A DNA stretch of 64,000 nucleotides from an uncultured delta proteobacterium (GCA_963804955.1 CAWDSQ010000007.1:1-64000); one strand, 5' to 3'. Shown: positions 51,973 to 61,364, counted from the first letter of the stretch. Notes: a model not told the origin generated them from the letters alone. Numbers and translations: made by a program.

Positions 51973-52848
51973 TTATTCTGCGTCCTGCACTTGCTTCAGT
52001 GCTTCCTTCCCGCAGCCTGGGCCCACCAGGCATGGCAGCTCTTCAAAAGTGAACGACGCGGGCACGGAAAGTTCCTTGTTGTTCCAGATCGACTCTGACA
52101 ACTGCCGAAACGCCTCGCACTCGGCTGTATCTGGCGCATGCTGGAAGAGTGTCAGGCCCTTGCCGGAGCACTCTTTTATCTTTTCGCTGTAGGGAATAAA
52201 TCCGACAAGATGGCTGCCAAGCTTTCGGGAAAATTCATCCAGAATGGTCTGCTCATCCTTAAGCTCCCGGCCATTGCCGATAATGCCGCCGAGCCTGACG
52301 CCCGAACGGGAATTGAAGCGCGATACAGCCTTGCAAATATTGGAGGCGGCAAATAAAACCTCCAGCTCGCCGCTGCTCACGATATAGACCTCGTCGGCAT
52401 GGCCTTCGCGAATAGGCATGGAGAAACCGCCGCACACCACGTCACCGAGCACGTCATAGAGAACCACATCGAGCTTCAGAACCTCCATCACATTGAGATG
52501 CTTGAGCGCCTCTATGGCCTCCACCACCCCCTTGCCCCCGCAGCCAAGCCCGGGGTCAGGCCCGCCGCTTTCCGCACAGAAAATCTTGCCGGAGCAGGTA
52601 TCGTTGAGAGGGCTTTCAAACACCACCTCGTCCATGGTGAGGGATTTCACCTCAAAGTTCTTCTTCCGCAGAATCCCCAGCACTGTCTGGGGCATTTTGC
52701 CTTTCAGCAGCAGACGCGTGCTGTCATGCTTGGGGTCGCAGCCCACATGCAGAACCCTTAATCCTTTGGCCGCAAGGGCAAAAGTTATATGGGATGACAC
52801 CATGGACTTGCCGATACCTCCCTTACCGTAAATAGCTATCTGGCGCAT
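51973..52848 (-). CDS. NifH/BchL/BchX-family Fe-protein ATPase, copy 2
   Basis: YGKGGIGKSM, GCDPKHDST, ESGGPDPGLGCGGKG, DVLGDVVCGGF. Confidence 0.93.
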   Translation of the reverse strand: MRQIAIYGKGGIGKSMVSSHITFALAAKGLRVLHVGCDPKHDSTRLLLKGKMPQTVLGILRKKNFEVKSLTMDEVVFESPLNDTCSGKIFCAESGGPDPGLGCGGKGVVEAIEALKHLNVMEVLKLDVVLYDVLGDVVCGGFSMPIREGHADEVYIVSSGELEVLFAASNICKAVSRFNSRSGVRLGGIIGNGRELKDEQTILDEFSRKLGSHLVGFIPYSEKIKECSGKGLTLFQHAPDTAECEAFRQLSESIWNNKELSVPASFTFEELPCLVGPGCGKEALKQVQDAE

Positions 52849-52905
52849 AGTGAGACCTCTGTGATATTTGTTGTGGCGAATTTCTTAATTATTCGTTCAG
52901 AAAAT

Positions 52906-53010
52906 TTTGTTGGGTTCGCCCTGTTACAGCAGTTTTTTCACCATCACCTGATTTTTTGCCGGTGGGATTGAGTAACAGAGGCAACATTTTTGTCCGGGCT
53001 TAACCCAACC
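52906..53010. repeat. REP-like intergenic element (similar copy at 28405-28510)
   Basis: TTTGTTGGGTTCGCCC ... TCCGGGCTTAACCCAACC; the ends are partly complementary. Confidence 0.55.
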
Positions 53011-53052
53011 ATCTAGAATGCTAAAAAGGTTGTCGGCATTCACGCCTGCCAG

Positions 53053-53892
53053 CTAATTTATATACGGCAGCCACCAGTCATAGAGCTCTTCAAACTCAAG
53101 GGTATTCGGAATGACAAGATTTTTATTGTCAAACACCTTCTGCCCGATCTCGCGGTAGAGATTCGCCTCCGGCGAATCCGGCGCGCATTGAAACACGGTT
53201 TCGCCATCGCCGCCGCATTGCTTCACGGTCTGGCTGTAGGGAATGACGCCCACGATCTGCGTGCCGATCTTTTGAGCAAAATCAGTCACCATCTGAAGTT
53301 CATTCTTCACGCGTCGCAGGTTAACGATGAGCCCGCCGAGCTTTGAGCCGGCCCGAGCGTCAAAGCGCTTGATTGCCTTTGACACATTGCTGACTTGATA
53401 GAGCGCCTCGAACTCGCCGCTGGTCACCACATAGGTTTCCTGCGCAAAGCCCTGGCGTATGGGCAGGGAAAAACCGCCGCAGACGACATCGCCCAGGATG
53501 TCATAAATAACGACATCGATATCAAGGGCCTTGAATATACTGAGTTTTTTTATCGTGTCGATGGCTTCAACCACGCCCTTGCCGCCGCAGCCCACCCCCG
53601 GCTCGGGCCCGCCGCTTTCAGCGCAGTAGATTTTGCCGCCGTTTTCAAACTGCAGGGGCGATGTGGTGATGATGTCCTCGGGAGAAAGGTCGTCGTACAT
53701 GAAATCATTTTTGCGCAGCACGTCAAGAATCGTGGGCGGAAAGTCAGGCAGCAGAAGGTAGGTGCTGTCATTTTTCGGGCTGCAGCCCATCTGCAGCACC
53801 TTCATTCCCCGCTCGGCAAAAGTGTAGGATAGATGGGATGCAACCGTCGACTTCCCTATGCCGCCTTTACCGTAAAGTGCTATCTGCCGCAT
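53053..53892 (-). CDS. NifH/BchL/BchX-family Fe-protein ATPase, copy 1
   Basis: YGKGGIGKST, GCSPKNDST, ESGGPEPGVGCGGKG, DILGDVVCGGF. Confidence 0.93.
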   Translation of the reverse strand: MRQIALYGKGGIGKSTVASHLSYTFAERGMKVLQMGCSPKNDSTYLLLPDFPPTILDVLRKNDFMYDDLSPEDIITTSPLQFENGGKIYCAESGGPEPGVGCGGKGVVEAIDTIKKLSIFKALDIDVVIYDILGDVVCGGFSLPIRQGFAQETYVVTSGEFEALYQVSNVSKAIKRFDARAGSKLGGLIVNLRRVKNELQMVTDFAQKIGTQIVGVIPYSQTVKQCGGDGETVFQCAPDSPEANLYREIGQKVFDNKNLVIPNTLEFEELYDWWLPYIN

Positions 53893-53910
53893 TGACTTCC
53901 TCCTTAATCC

Positions 53911-54384
53911 TTATAATGGACAGCGACATCGTTTCATAATTGAGCTTGCGGCGCGCAGCGATTTCAGCAGGCGCGTACGCTGCTTTTCGTCAAGACAACC
54001 AAAAATATTCATCAGCTCCTGCTTACGCGCCTTTAAAATACTGCCGTGAGCTTTTTTCCCGCTGTCTGTCATCTGCACTTTAACGACCCGCCGGTCACCC
54101 GTGTCGCGAATGCGCTCGACAAAACCCTCGTCAACGAGCCTGTCGACGACCTCTGTCATGCAGGGCATTTTCACATTGGCGATTTTGCACAGCTCGCCCA
54201 TGCTGTAGCGCCGGTCTTCATGAAAGGCCGACATAGCCTTGAGCTGCGAGCTGTTGACCGGGAACCCCATCAGCCCCTTGCTGCTCATAACCATTTGCTG
54301 AAAAAGGTCCGTAAAAAGATTACGGATCTCGATTAAATGCATTTCTATTTCGGTAAGCTCACTGAGTTGCTTGCTGTCCCCCAC
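53911..54384 (-). CDS. MarR family transcriptional regulator
   Basis: SMGEL...VKMP.MTEVVDRLV.EGFVERIRD..DRRVV.V..T..G. Confidence 0.92.
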   Translation of the reverse strand: MGDSKQLSELTEIEMHLIEIRNLFTDLFQQMVMSSKGLMGFPVNSSQLKAMSAFHEDRRYSMGELCKIANVKMPCMTEVVDRLVDEGFVERIRDTGDRRVVKVQMTDSGKKAHGSILKARKQELMNIFGCLDEKQRTRLLKSLRAASSIMKRCRCPL

Positions 54385-54483
54385 GTTACCCCATCCTTTT
54401 GCAAAGATGATCTGACCACAGACTGCTGCGACAGATCAAAATTTCAGTAAAAAATATTTCATTAAAAAAAAGTTCAATTATGA

Positions 54484-54514
54484 AGTATATAGACTGTGAA
54501 TTAATTTTTGTCAA
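54484..54514 (-). promoter_or_regulatory. Sigma70-type promoter for marR-nifH-like operon
   Basis: Minus strand TTGACA-17 nt-TATATA(CT). Confidence 0.55.
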
Positions 54515-54747
54515 GCCAGGATTTTTTATTTTTTTGGACTTTGAAATATCCCTGTTGTGCGGCAGAGAGTGTCATGCTGATTGCATATCTGCATCCGCCA
54601 ATAAAAAAACAGGCTTTTCCCAACAACATTGTTGCGGTCTGGCCTGTTTTCTCTGTGCGAGGAGACTGTACGCGTCATGGTCGATGCCCCGCCGCGAACC
54701 GGATATGGAGGGGAATCAAGCAGCATGCAGCATCACGTATATGGCGG

Positions 54748-55218
54748 CTAGGGCTTGGTTGTCTTCTTTAATATGCCCGAAACTTTTCGCAAGGCCGTGA
54801 GCAGTTCATCCTGATCCTTCTGTGAAAGTTTGCCAAAAAGATTGCCCATTTCCTCACGGCGGCGGCCTATGAACTTGTCGTGAATCTTTTTGCCCGCATC
54901 CGTCAGCGCCACTTTGACCACGCGGCGGTCCTTGGTGTCGCGCACCCGCTTGAGCAAGCCCTCGGACTCGAGCCGATCTACCATCTCGGTCATGCTGGGC
55001 ATCTTCACCAAAGCGTTCCTGCTCAGCTCCGTCATACTGTACTCGCGGTCTTCGTGAAATGCGGTAAGCGCCTTCATCTGCGAAAGCGTTACGGACATAT
55101 CGCTTATACGGCGGCTGCCCTTGACCATTTTGTTGAATATCTGCACGAAAAGGTTGCGCACCTCTATCATGTGTTCTTCAATCTCAGTGACTTTTTCCAT
55201 AAAAACCTTATTATCCAT
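54748..55218 (-). CDS. MarR family transcriptional regulator (paralog of 53911-54384)
   Basis: YSMTELSR..LVKMPSMTEMVDRLE.EGLLKRVRD.KDRRVV.V.LT..G. Confidence 0.92.
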   Translation of the reverse strand: MDNKVFMEKVTEIEEHMIEVRNLFVQIFNKMVKGSRRISDMSVTLSQMKALTAFHEDREYSMTELSRNALVKMPSMTEMVDRLESEGLLKRVRDTKDRRVVKVALTDAGKKIHDKFIGRRREEMGNLFGKLSQKDQDELLTALRKVSGILKKTTKP

Positions 55219-55257
55219 ATGCGGCCTCATTTTAGAATTTTTAATATTTCATTTCCT

Positions 55258-55286
55258 AATATATAAATGGCATATTTTTATGTCAA
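55258..55286 (-). promoter_or_regulatory. Sigma70-type promoter for upstream marR
   Basis: Minus strand TTGACA-17 nt-TATATT. Confidence 0.6.
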
Positions 55287-55630
55287 GCGTTATTTTATAT
55301 TTTCAAAGAAATTTTGATAAATGCAAATACTTTTGAAACCATTTTGCATATGAGCTATATAGCTAAACTGACCGCTGCTGCAATATATCTAACGACGAGG
55401 GCGTCTGAGCTTTTTTTCAATTTAATACAGTGGTTTAAACATTCATGTCTGGGACTTTTTGTGCAATCAGTCCTCTCGACGGTTCTTGGAATACTGGAGT
55501 TTGTTTAAAATTTCTTTAAGCAAGACGGGTTTTCAGAGCACAAACAGTTTAGCGGCTGCGGTTACATGTTATGAAACAGGCGCATACACTGTCTCTACTC
55601 AAAACTTAAAACAACACTGCATCGAAAAGC

Positions 55631-57289
55631 ATGAAAATAATCTACGCATCCGATATTCACGAGTCTTATAAAAATCTGCAGAAACTCTTTCGTGTGACGG
55701 ATGCCGACCTCTACATAATTGCAGGCGACCTCCTCTATAGCGCCTTCCCTTCCTGGGAACTTGCCGCACGCTTCACGGAGATGCAGCAGCGCGTCTATTC
55801 CTGGGGCTTAAGCCGGGGCATGACGGGCACACGCTTTACTATGGCCCGCACCATGCTTGAAACGCCGGAATCTTCTTCAATTGAACAGGCGCTTGCAAAG
55901 GAATTTCTTCGCCTCACAGAAATTGCACAGGCAAGCATGTTTCAAAAATACGGACGCATAGCAAAAATTTTTACCGCATCCGGCAAGACCGATATCATAA
56001 CCATCCCTGGAAACTATGATATGGATCTTAACAAAACCGAACTTGCATCATGGAACCTGCATCTGAAAACACGCATACTAAACGGCATTACCATCGCCGG
56101 CTATGGCGGATCACCGGTCTTCACCCCCGGCATACCGGACAATCTGCGCATAGCATACAATGAGCTCAGGCTGGATGGACTGCTCGTGTCTGAGCCGTAC
56201 GACTTTTTCATAAAAACCAACCCCGACATTATCCTGCTGCACCAGCCTGCCTATGGTTATCTGGATACAATTGCCACCTACGGCAGCATCGGCAGTATCG
56301 GCGTGCGCGATTTTATCGACCACAGCAGTGTACGCCTCGTGCTCAGCGGCCATATGCATGAAGACTGGGGTGCGATCTTCAAGCAGGGCAAAGTCTTCCT
56401 GAACCCTTCAAATTTCGGCCGCGTCGTTGAAATTCACCGGATTAAAAAAGGCGGCTACTTTACTGAATTTACCATGGACGGCGCTACTTTCAGGGGGGGG
56501 ATGCTGCGCCAGATCGACGGCGGCAGGGCATACGATATTGAGCAGTGCATTATGCGCGACGACAAATTCCGGCTGCTGGTGATCGACCTCAAGCGATACC
56601 GCTATCTCTCAAACATAAAAAAACGCCAGAAGCATATCCGCGCCATCCGCCTCTTCAATACGCTGCGGGGGTTCTTTCAGAAACATGAAACCGAGGCAAC
56701 CCGCACGCGCATAGAAGCACTGGAAAAATTCTGCCGGAAACTGCATAAAGAAGGCCATGACATAGCATTCCACCTGCTTGGCTCTCTTAATTTCGGCATG
56801 GCGACCGACACATCGGATCTTGACACCGTGCTCTACTTCCGCGACCCGGAGCTTACCGTGCCCGATGATGTCTCCTACCCTGTGCCCGACTACGTTCACT
56901 CACGTTTGGGAGAGCTGAAAGACAGCGGCATTGATCTTTCCATCTGCGATTGTTTGAATCTTGCCCGCATCGAGGAGGCGATCATCACGCAGGATGTGCA
57001 CAACACGCTTCTGCAGCGTTTTATTTTTTATTACGGGACCTGCCGCTGCGTGAATGCAGAGCCCATCAAGGAGGTTGAAAACCTGCTCATCCACAAGCAG
57101 CCGTTCCGCTTTGATGTGGAAGGGGAGCTTGCCGATGTCTTCCGCATGATGATCAGCAGCTTTCGCCACTCCTTCTCATTTAAAAAATACCAGATGCGCC
57201 TGCGTGAAAAAGGCCTGACCGTGCCGCCCTACATTGAAGAAAAAATCTGGGAGTATCTTGAGTATCGGGATGAAAAGCAGAAAAAATAA
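55631..57289 (+). CDS. Calcineurin-like metallophosphoesterase fused to a putative pol-beta-type nucleotidyltransferase domain
   Basis: SDIH, AGDL, PGNYD, LLHQP, SGHMHE, LNP; C-terminal LLGSLNFG....SDLD motif. Confidence 0.8.
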   Translation: MKIIYASDIHESYKNLQKLFRVTDADLYIIAGDLLYSAFPSWELAARFTEMQQRVYSWGLSRGMTGTRFTMARTMLETPESSSIEQALAKEFLRLTEIAQASMFQKYGRIAKIFTASGKTDIITIPGNYDMDLNKTELASWNLHLKTRILNGITIAGYGGSPVFTPGIPDNLRIAYNELRLDGLLVSEPYDFFIKTNPDIILLHQPAYGYLDTIATYGSIGSIGVRDFIDHSSVRLVLSGHMHEDWGAIFKQGKVFLNPSNFGRVVEIHRIKKGGYFTEFTMDGATFRGGMLRQIDGGRAYDIEQCIMRDDKFRLLVIDLKRYRYLSNIKKRQKHIRAIRLFNTLRGFFQKHETEATRTRIEALEKFCRKLHKEGHDIAFHLLGSLNFGMATDTSDLDTVLYFRDPELTVPDDVSYPVPDYVHSRLGELKDSGIDLSICDCLNLARIEEAIITQDVHNTLLQRFIFYYGTCRCVNAEPIKEVENLLIHKQPFRFDVEGELADVFRMMISSFRHSFSFKKYQMRLREKGLTVPPYIEEKIWEYLEYRDEKQKK

Positions 57290-57340
57290 AGCCTCTTACC
57301 AGAAGCTGGGCAAACATTTTTCTTGTACGTAGTCTTCCAT

Positions 57341-57898
57341 CTATTTTTCATCTCTTTTCCATATAACATTGCGCAAACCTTCGCGGTAGCACAGGCGTCG
57401 GATTTTATAGGGAAGTATGGTGACAATATTGAAATTGTATGATTCCGCAGCCTCTCCGAGGCCCTGCGCTTCAAGCTGTTTCAAATACCGTGAGTATGCG
57501 CGAATTTCATGAAAACGGGTTATATCTTCATTTTTTTTAAAAACATTGGCGATGCCCCAGACCTGCAATCCTGAGGCCCCGAAAAAATCAACACCGGGGT
57601 TGTAGGGGTCGGCGATGCTGTAGGATACTCTTTCGTTTGCATGCATGTTGGCTATTTTGCCCCCACCCTCGCAGAACATATGCACGGTAAGGCCGTTATT
57701 GAAATACTCCACGGGCGTGCACCGGGGTTCATTATTTTTGCAGGTTGCCAGGTGGAGCACGTTGTGGCTGCTGATATAGGTGATGGCCATTTCGATAAAC
57801 TCTTCTTCCGTCATGGCCGCGCGCATTTTGATTCCGGCCATTTCAAAGGCCTGCAGCTCTTTGGCGTTTGGTTGCGGTACGATCACTTTTCCCATCAC
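57341..57898 (-). CDS. Pyridoxamine 5'-phosphate oxidase-like (split-barrel) protein
   Basis: LHLATC.NNEPRCTPVEY, GGKIAN..AN.RVS..I, SGLQVWG.A. Confidence 0.8.
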   Translation of the reverse strand: MMGKVIVPQPNAKELQAFEMAGIKMRAAMTEEEFIEMAITYISSHNVLHLATCKNNEPRCTPVEYFNNGLTVHMFCEGGGKIANMHANERVSYSIADPYNPGVDFFGASGLQVWGIANVFKKNEDITRFHEIRAYSRYLKQLEAQGLGEAAESYNFNIVTILPYKIRRLCYREGLRNVIWKRDEK

Positions 57899-57922
57899 AG
57901 CATTCTCCTGTTGAGGCCCTGA

Positions 57923-58793
57923 TTATTCGTGGTGGTGTGCATAGACTGTTTTATCCAGATTTTTCACAAGGCCCGGAATCAGGCTGAACGGGAAGCATAC
58001 CAGAAGCTCATCATCCTTCAAGCGCATGAATGTTCTCCCGCCGTGGTCGCCTGCGGTGAAGGCAGGCCGGTTATTGGCAAGGGTTGAGGGAATGGTCATG
58101 AGGCAGGTTGATTTGCCCGCAAAGCCGGTGATAATCTCGCCGGTATCAAAAGCAAATGCAGTCGAGATGGCGGCCAACTGCGCAGGCGTAGCCGGAAAAA
58201 GCACGAGTTCTGGCCTGGTCTATCTCTTCAAAAGCACCGATGACCATACCCTTAAAAATATGGCTGAAGCGGGAAAATGCATCCCTGTTTTTTGTCATCG
58301 GCTCTCGCGAGGCATACAGGTTCCCTTCGCCAACGACGGATGCTTCAAGAGCCGCATCAAACTCCTCGCGCGTGACGCGTTTGGCGCCGAGGCCCATGTT
58401 TGCGCATCCTCCGCACATGCTCGCTTCAGCGGAAAAAAACAGCGGTGCCCCCTGGCCCTCGAATATGTCGCCGCATATGGCGCACCAGAACTGCGGGCCT
58501 TCCTCAACCGGAACATTAGAGGGCGCTTTGTCAAAAAATTTCATAGCCGCAATAGCTCGTGAAAGGCCGAGTTTATTCTTAAGGCAGAAAGCAAGTCTTT
58601 TCACATCGAGCATGGCATCTATAGCGCCCCTGCCAATGGCTCCGACAGGGCAATAGCGCACGCAGACCCCGCAGTCGCAGCACATGTCGGTGACGGCAAC
58701 TGTATCTTCCCGGCGGACGATGGCACGGTTAGGGCAGTTGCCGATGCAGGATCCGCACCGGGCGCAGAGTTCATCATTGATAGTAAACGGCAT
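57923..58793 (-). CDS. 2x[4Fe-4S] ferredoxin domain fused to DUF169-like domain (frameshift near 58218)
   Basis: CARCGSCIGNCP and CCDCGVCVRYCP, then WC, C.G..NMG; continues PELVLFPATPAQL...STC...GD.GGR...LKDDELLV.FP in the next frame. Confidence 0.75.
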
Positions 58794-59118
58794 TCAGGCT
58801 ATCCTAAAAAAATAAAGTTTCAACGACACAGACCAATCAGCATAAGAGAGCTGGCTTCCGGGTGATTGCTGCCAATGAGTGCCCCTGGATGGATACTAAA
58901 CCCGTAAAAAGCACCCCCGTTTCAAAAAACCGCCGGAAGTTCCGGCGCCTGCGCGATTTGATTACGGATCACATGCTTGAGAACACACACCCGGAACGCA
59001 GGGCAGGCAAAGCAGCCGCTGCAAAAACACTGCCTGTGATATTTTGACAATTCCATAGATGCCGCACATCGCAAAAACCAGCCCGCTGCAACTGAGCAAA
59101 CCTGTTCACTAAAGGCTG

Positions 59119-59598
59119 CTAAACGGAATCAGAGGCCGGCTGCAGCAGTGCAATGATACGAGGGGCGCTGCGTTCAACAATCGGCCTCAACTCTTTAACT
59201 ACAGCCAGATATTCTTCAGGAGAAACCATTGAAACATCCGGTATATCATAGCGCTGCATAATCATCTCGCTCAACATATAAACACGCAGGGCATACTGAG
59301 GGAATTCAGCTTGAAGAGCTTCTTTATGAAAGCTTGTCATGCACAAAACCAGATCAGACTCAGCCAATAAATTGGTTGTTATGGAGCGGGAACGATGATG
59401 AGTAAGATCAATGCCCACAGCAAGCAAATGAGGCAAAACTGACGGCAAAACACATTCGCCTTCCTGCGCCCAGGTGCCGCAGGAATGCACCTGCCAGGCA
59501 CCGGGGACCGCATACTGCTGCAGCCATTGTTTAAATAAAACTGCTGCTATAGGAGAACGGCAAAGATTTGCCGTGCATACGAACATCACTGTTGGCAT
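59119..59598 (-). CDS. Low-molecular-weight protein phosphatase (Wzb-like)
   Basis: FVCTANLCRSP active-site loop; directly downstream of the BY-kinase. Confidence 0.85.
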   Translation of the reverse strand: MPTVMFVCTANLCRSPIAAVLFKQWLQQYAVPGAWQVHSCGTWAQEGECVLPSVLPHLLAVGIDLTHHRSRSITTNLLAESDLVLCMTSFHKEALQAEFPQYALRVYMLSEMIMQRYDIPDVSMVSPEEYLAVVKELRPIVERSAPRIIALLQPASDSV

Positions 59599-59669
59599 AT
59601 AGCCGATCCACAAAAAAATATAGCCGGGTCATTTGCCGATTCGTCACGCCCAGAAGCAATGCGTACAGG

Positions 59670-61364
59670 CTATATACAGGTTGATGCTGTTTTTATCTTT
59701 TCGTTTTTACAATTTCGATTGAACTTTTTTTTGACTATAGATTTCATAAAGGCAGCCGGATGCCTGAGTAAACCGGGTTGGAGGTTGTCATCATCGCTGT
59801 ATTGAGCGTTATAATAATAACTGCTGTAGTGATAATTATAATAGCTGCTTCTATCACGAGGCGCCTTATTGAAAACGACGCCTAAAATATAGGCTCCTGA
59901 ACGCTCCAGTTGCTCTTTAGCGTGCTTCAGATCTGCAAATCGTGTTTTGCCCACCTCAACGACCAGCACAACGCCATCAACCCTGTTGGCCAGCACGGAA
60001 GCATCCGTCAGTGCCGCAATTGGCGGGGAGTCAAGCAGGATAATATCCTTTGTTCCTGCAATAGAGTCCAGCAACTGCGCCATTTTGTTCGACCCCAGCA
60101 GTTCAGCCGGATTAAGAGGAAGGGGTCCGGCGCTCAGCAGACTCAGGTTGGGAGCATCTGTTGGGCGCAATGCATTTTCAAGATTAAAAGACTCCTGCAA
60201 CAGGAGAGTTGAGAGGCCGCGCCTGTTTGATTTATCGAAATGCTTGTGCAGAGAGGGGCGATGCATATCGCAATCAAGCAGGACTACCGTTTTGCCGGCC
60301 TGGGCGAAAACAGTGGCGAGGTTTGCAGCCACAAACGATTTTCCCTCCTGTGCATTCAGGCTCGTTATGAGAATTCTGCGAACAGGCCTGTCGACGCCGG
60401 CAAACATAATATTGGACCGAAGAAATCGGAACGCCTCGGTAATGGGCGCACGAGGCTTTTTATGCGCGATCGGTTTGGCCTCTGTCTCCTTGCTTGAAAG
60501 AAGAACAGCTACTCCTATCAGAGGTAGTTGCAGCTCTGAGGTTATCTGTTCAGCATTTTTAATGGAATCGTCCAGGTAATCAATTATAAAAATCAAAACA
60601 GAACCGAGCAGCAAACCGAACAAAATCCCCACCGTCACACTTCGGGCAATGCGGGGGCGAATCGGAAACAGAGGCACACTTGCCTTGTCTACCACAATCA
60701 CATTGTTCAGAGTTTGGGCTTCAACCAGGCGTTGACTCTCATAACTTTGCACCATGCGGGATCGGCTATCCCGCAAACGGATCAAATCAGATTCAAGAGA
60801 GGCCCGCTTGTTTAATGCCAAAGGATCGTTATTGCTAGACAAAGCAGTAATCTGAGACTCCATCTGCTCAATCTGTTTATCAAGCGCAGCAATTTCTCTG
60901 GCCAGGCTTTTCTTTGATTCAACAAAACGGCTCGACTGTGTGGAATTATTATAGGCGATAAACACTTCCGGAACAAGGTTGCAGAGGGCTGCCGCACGCA
61001 CCGGGTCCGTATCCTCGATGCTCAACCTTATAAACTGCGTATCCTTCACCAGTTGTACCTGAAGCATCCAGGCTAGCGTTTGGGCATCAAACGGACACTT
61101 CAAACGGGCAACGACCTGAGAGAGTATCGCTTCTGACTGCATCAATTGAACATAGGTGCGCGCCAGCCGCTCACTGAGGGCAAGCGAATTTAAATCAACG
61201 CCCTTCGCGCTTGAAGCTTCGCTGATCAATATTGTACTGACAGCCTGAAACACAGGCTCCTGCATGGAACTATTCACATATGCAAAGCCGCCGCTTAAAG
61301 CCGCACAAAACAGTACAAGCCACCACCATCGCAAAAAAAGGTAGAAATACCCTTTAAGCTCCAT
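59670..61364 (-). CDS. Polysaccharide co-polymerase / tyrosine autokinase (Wzc-like)
   Basis: Two TM segments, EAFRFLRSNI, EGKS, LDCDMHRP, LDSPP, Tyr cluster SSYYNYHYSSYYYN. Confidence 0.92.
   Translation of the reverse strand: MELKGYFYLFLRWWWLVLFCAALSGGFAYVNSSMQEPVFQAVSTILISEASSAKGVDLNSLALSERLARTYVQLMQSEAILSQVVARLKCPFDAQTLAWMLQVQLVKDTQFIRLSIEDTDPVRAAALCNLVPEVFIAYNNSTQSSRFVESKKSLAREIAALDKQIEQMESQITALSSNNDPLALNKRASLESDLIRLRDSRSRMVQSYESQRLVEAQTLNNVIVVDKASVPLFPIRPRIARSVTVGILFGLLLGSVLIFIIDYLDDSIKNAEQITSELQLPLIGVAVLLSSKETEAKPIAHKKPRAPITEAFRFLRSNIMFAGVDRPVRRILITSLNAQEGKSFVAANLATVFAQAGKTVVLLDCDMHRPSLHKHFDKSNRRGLSTLLLQESFNLENALRPTDAPNLSLLSAGPLPLNPAELLGSNKMAQLLDSIAGTKDIILLDSPPIAALTDASVLANRVDGVVLVVEVGKTRFADLKHAKEQLERSGAYILGVVFNKAPRDRSSYYNYHYSSYYYNAQYSDDDNLQPGLLRHPAAFMKSIVKKKFNRNCKNEKIKTASTCI

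Noticed and set aside
48859..53892. True nitrogenase (nifHDK) or photosynthetic bchLNB/bchXYZ
   Set aside because: The alpha-like subunit is too short, the P-cluster Cys set is incomplete, no FeMo-co ligand motifs were recognised, and no nifENB or bch context is present; gene symbols withheld.
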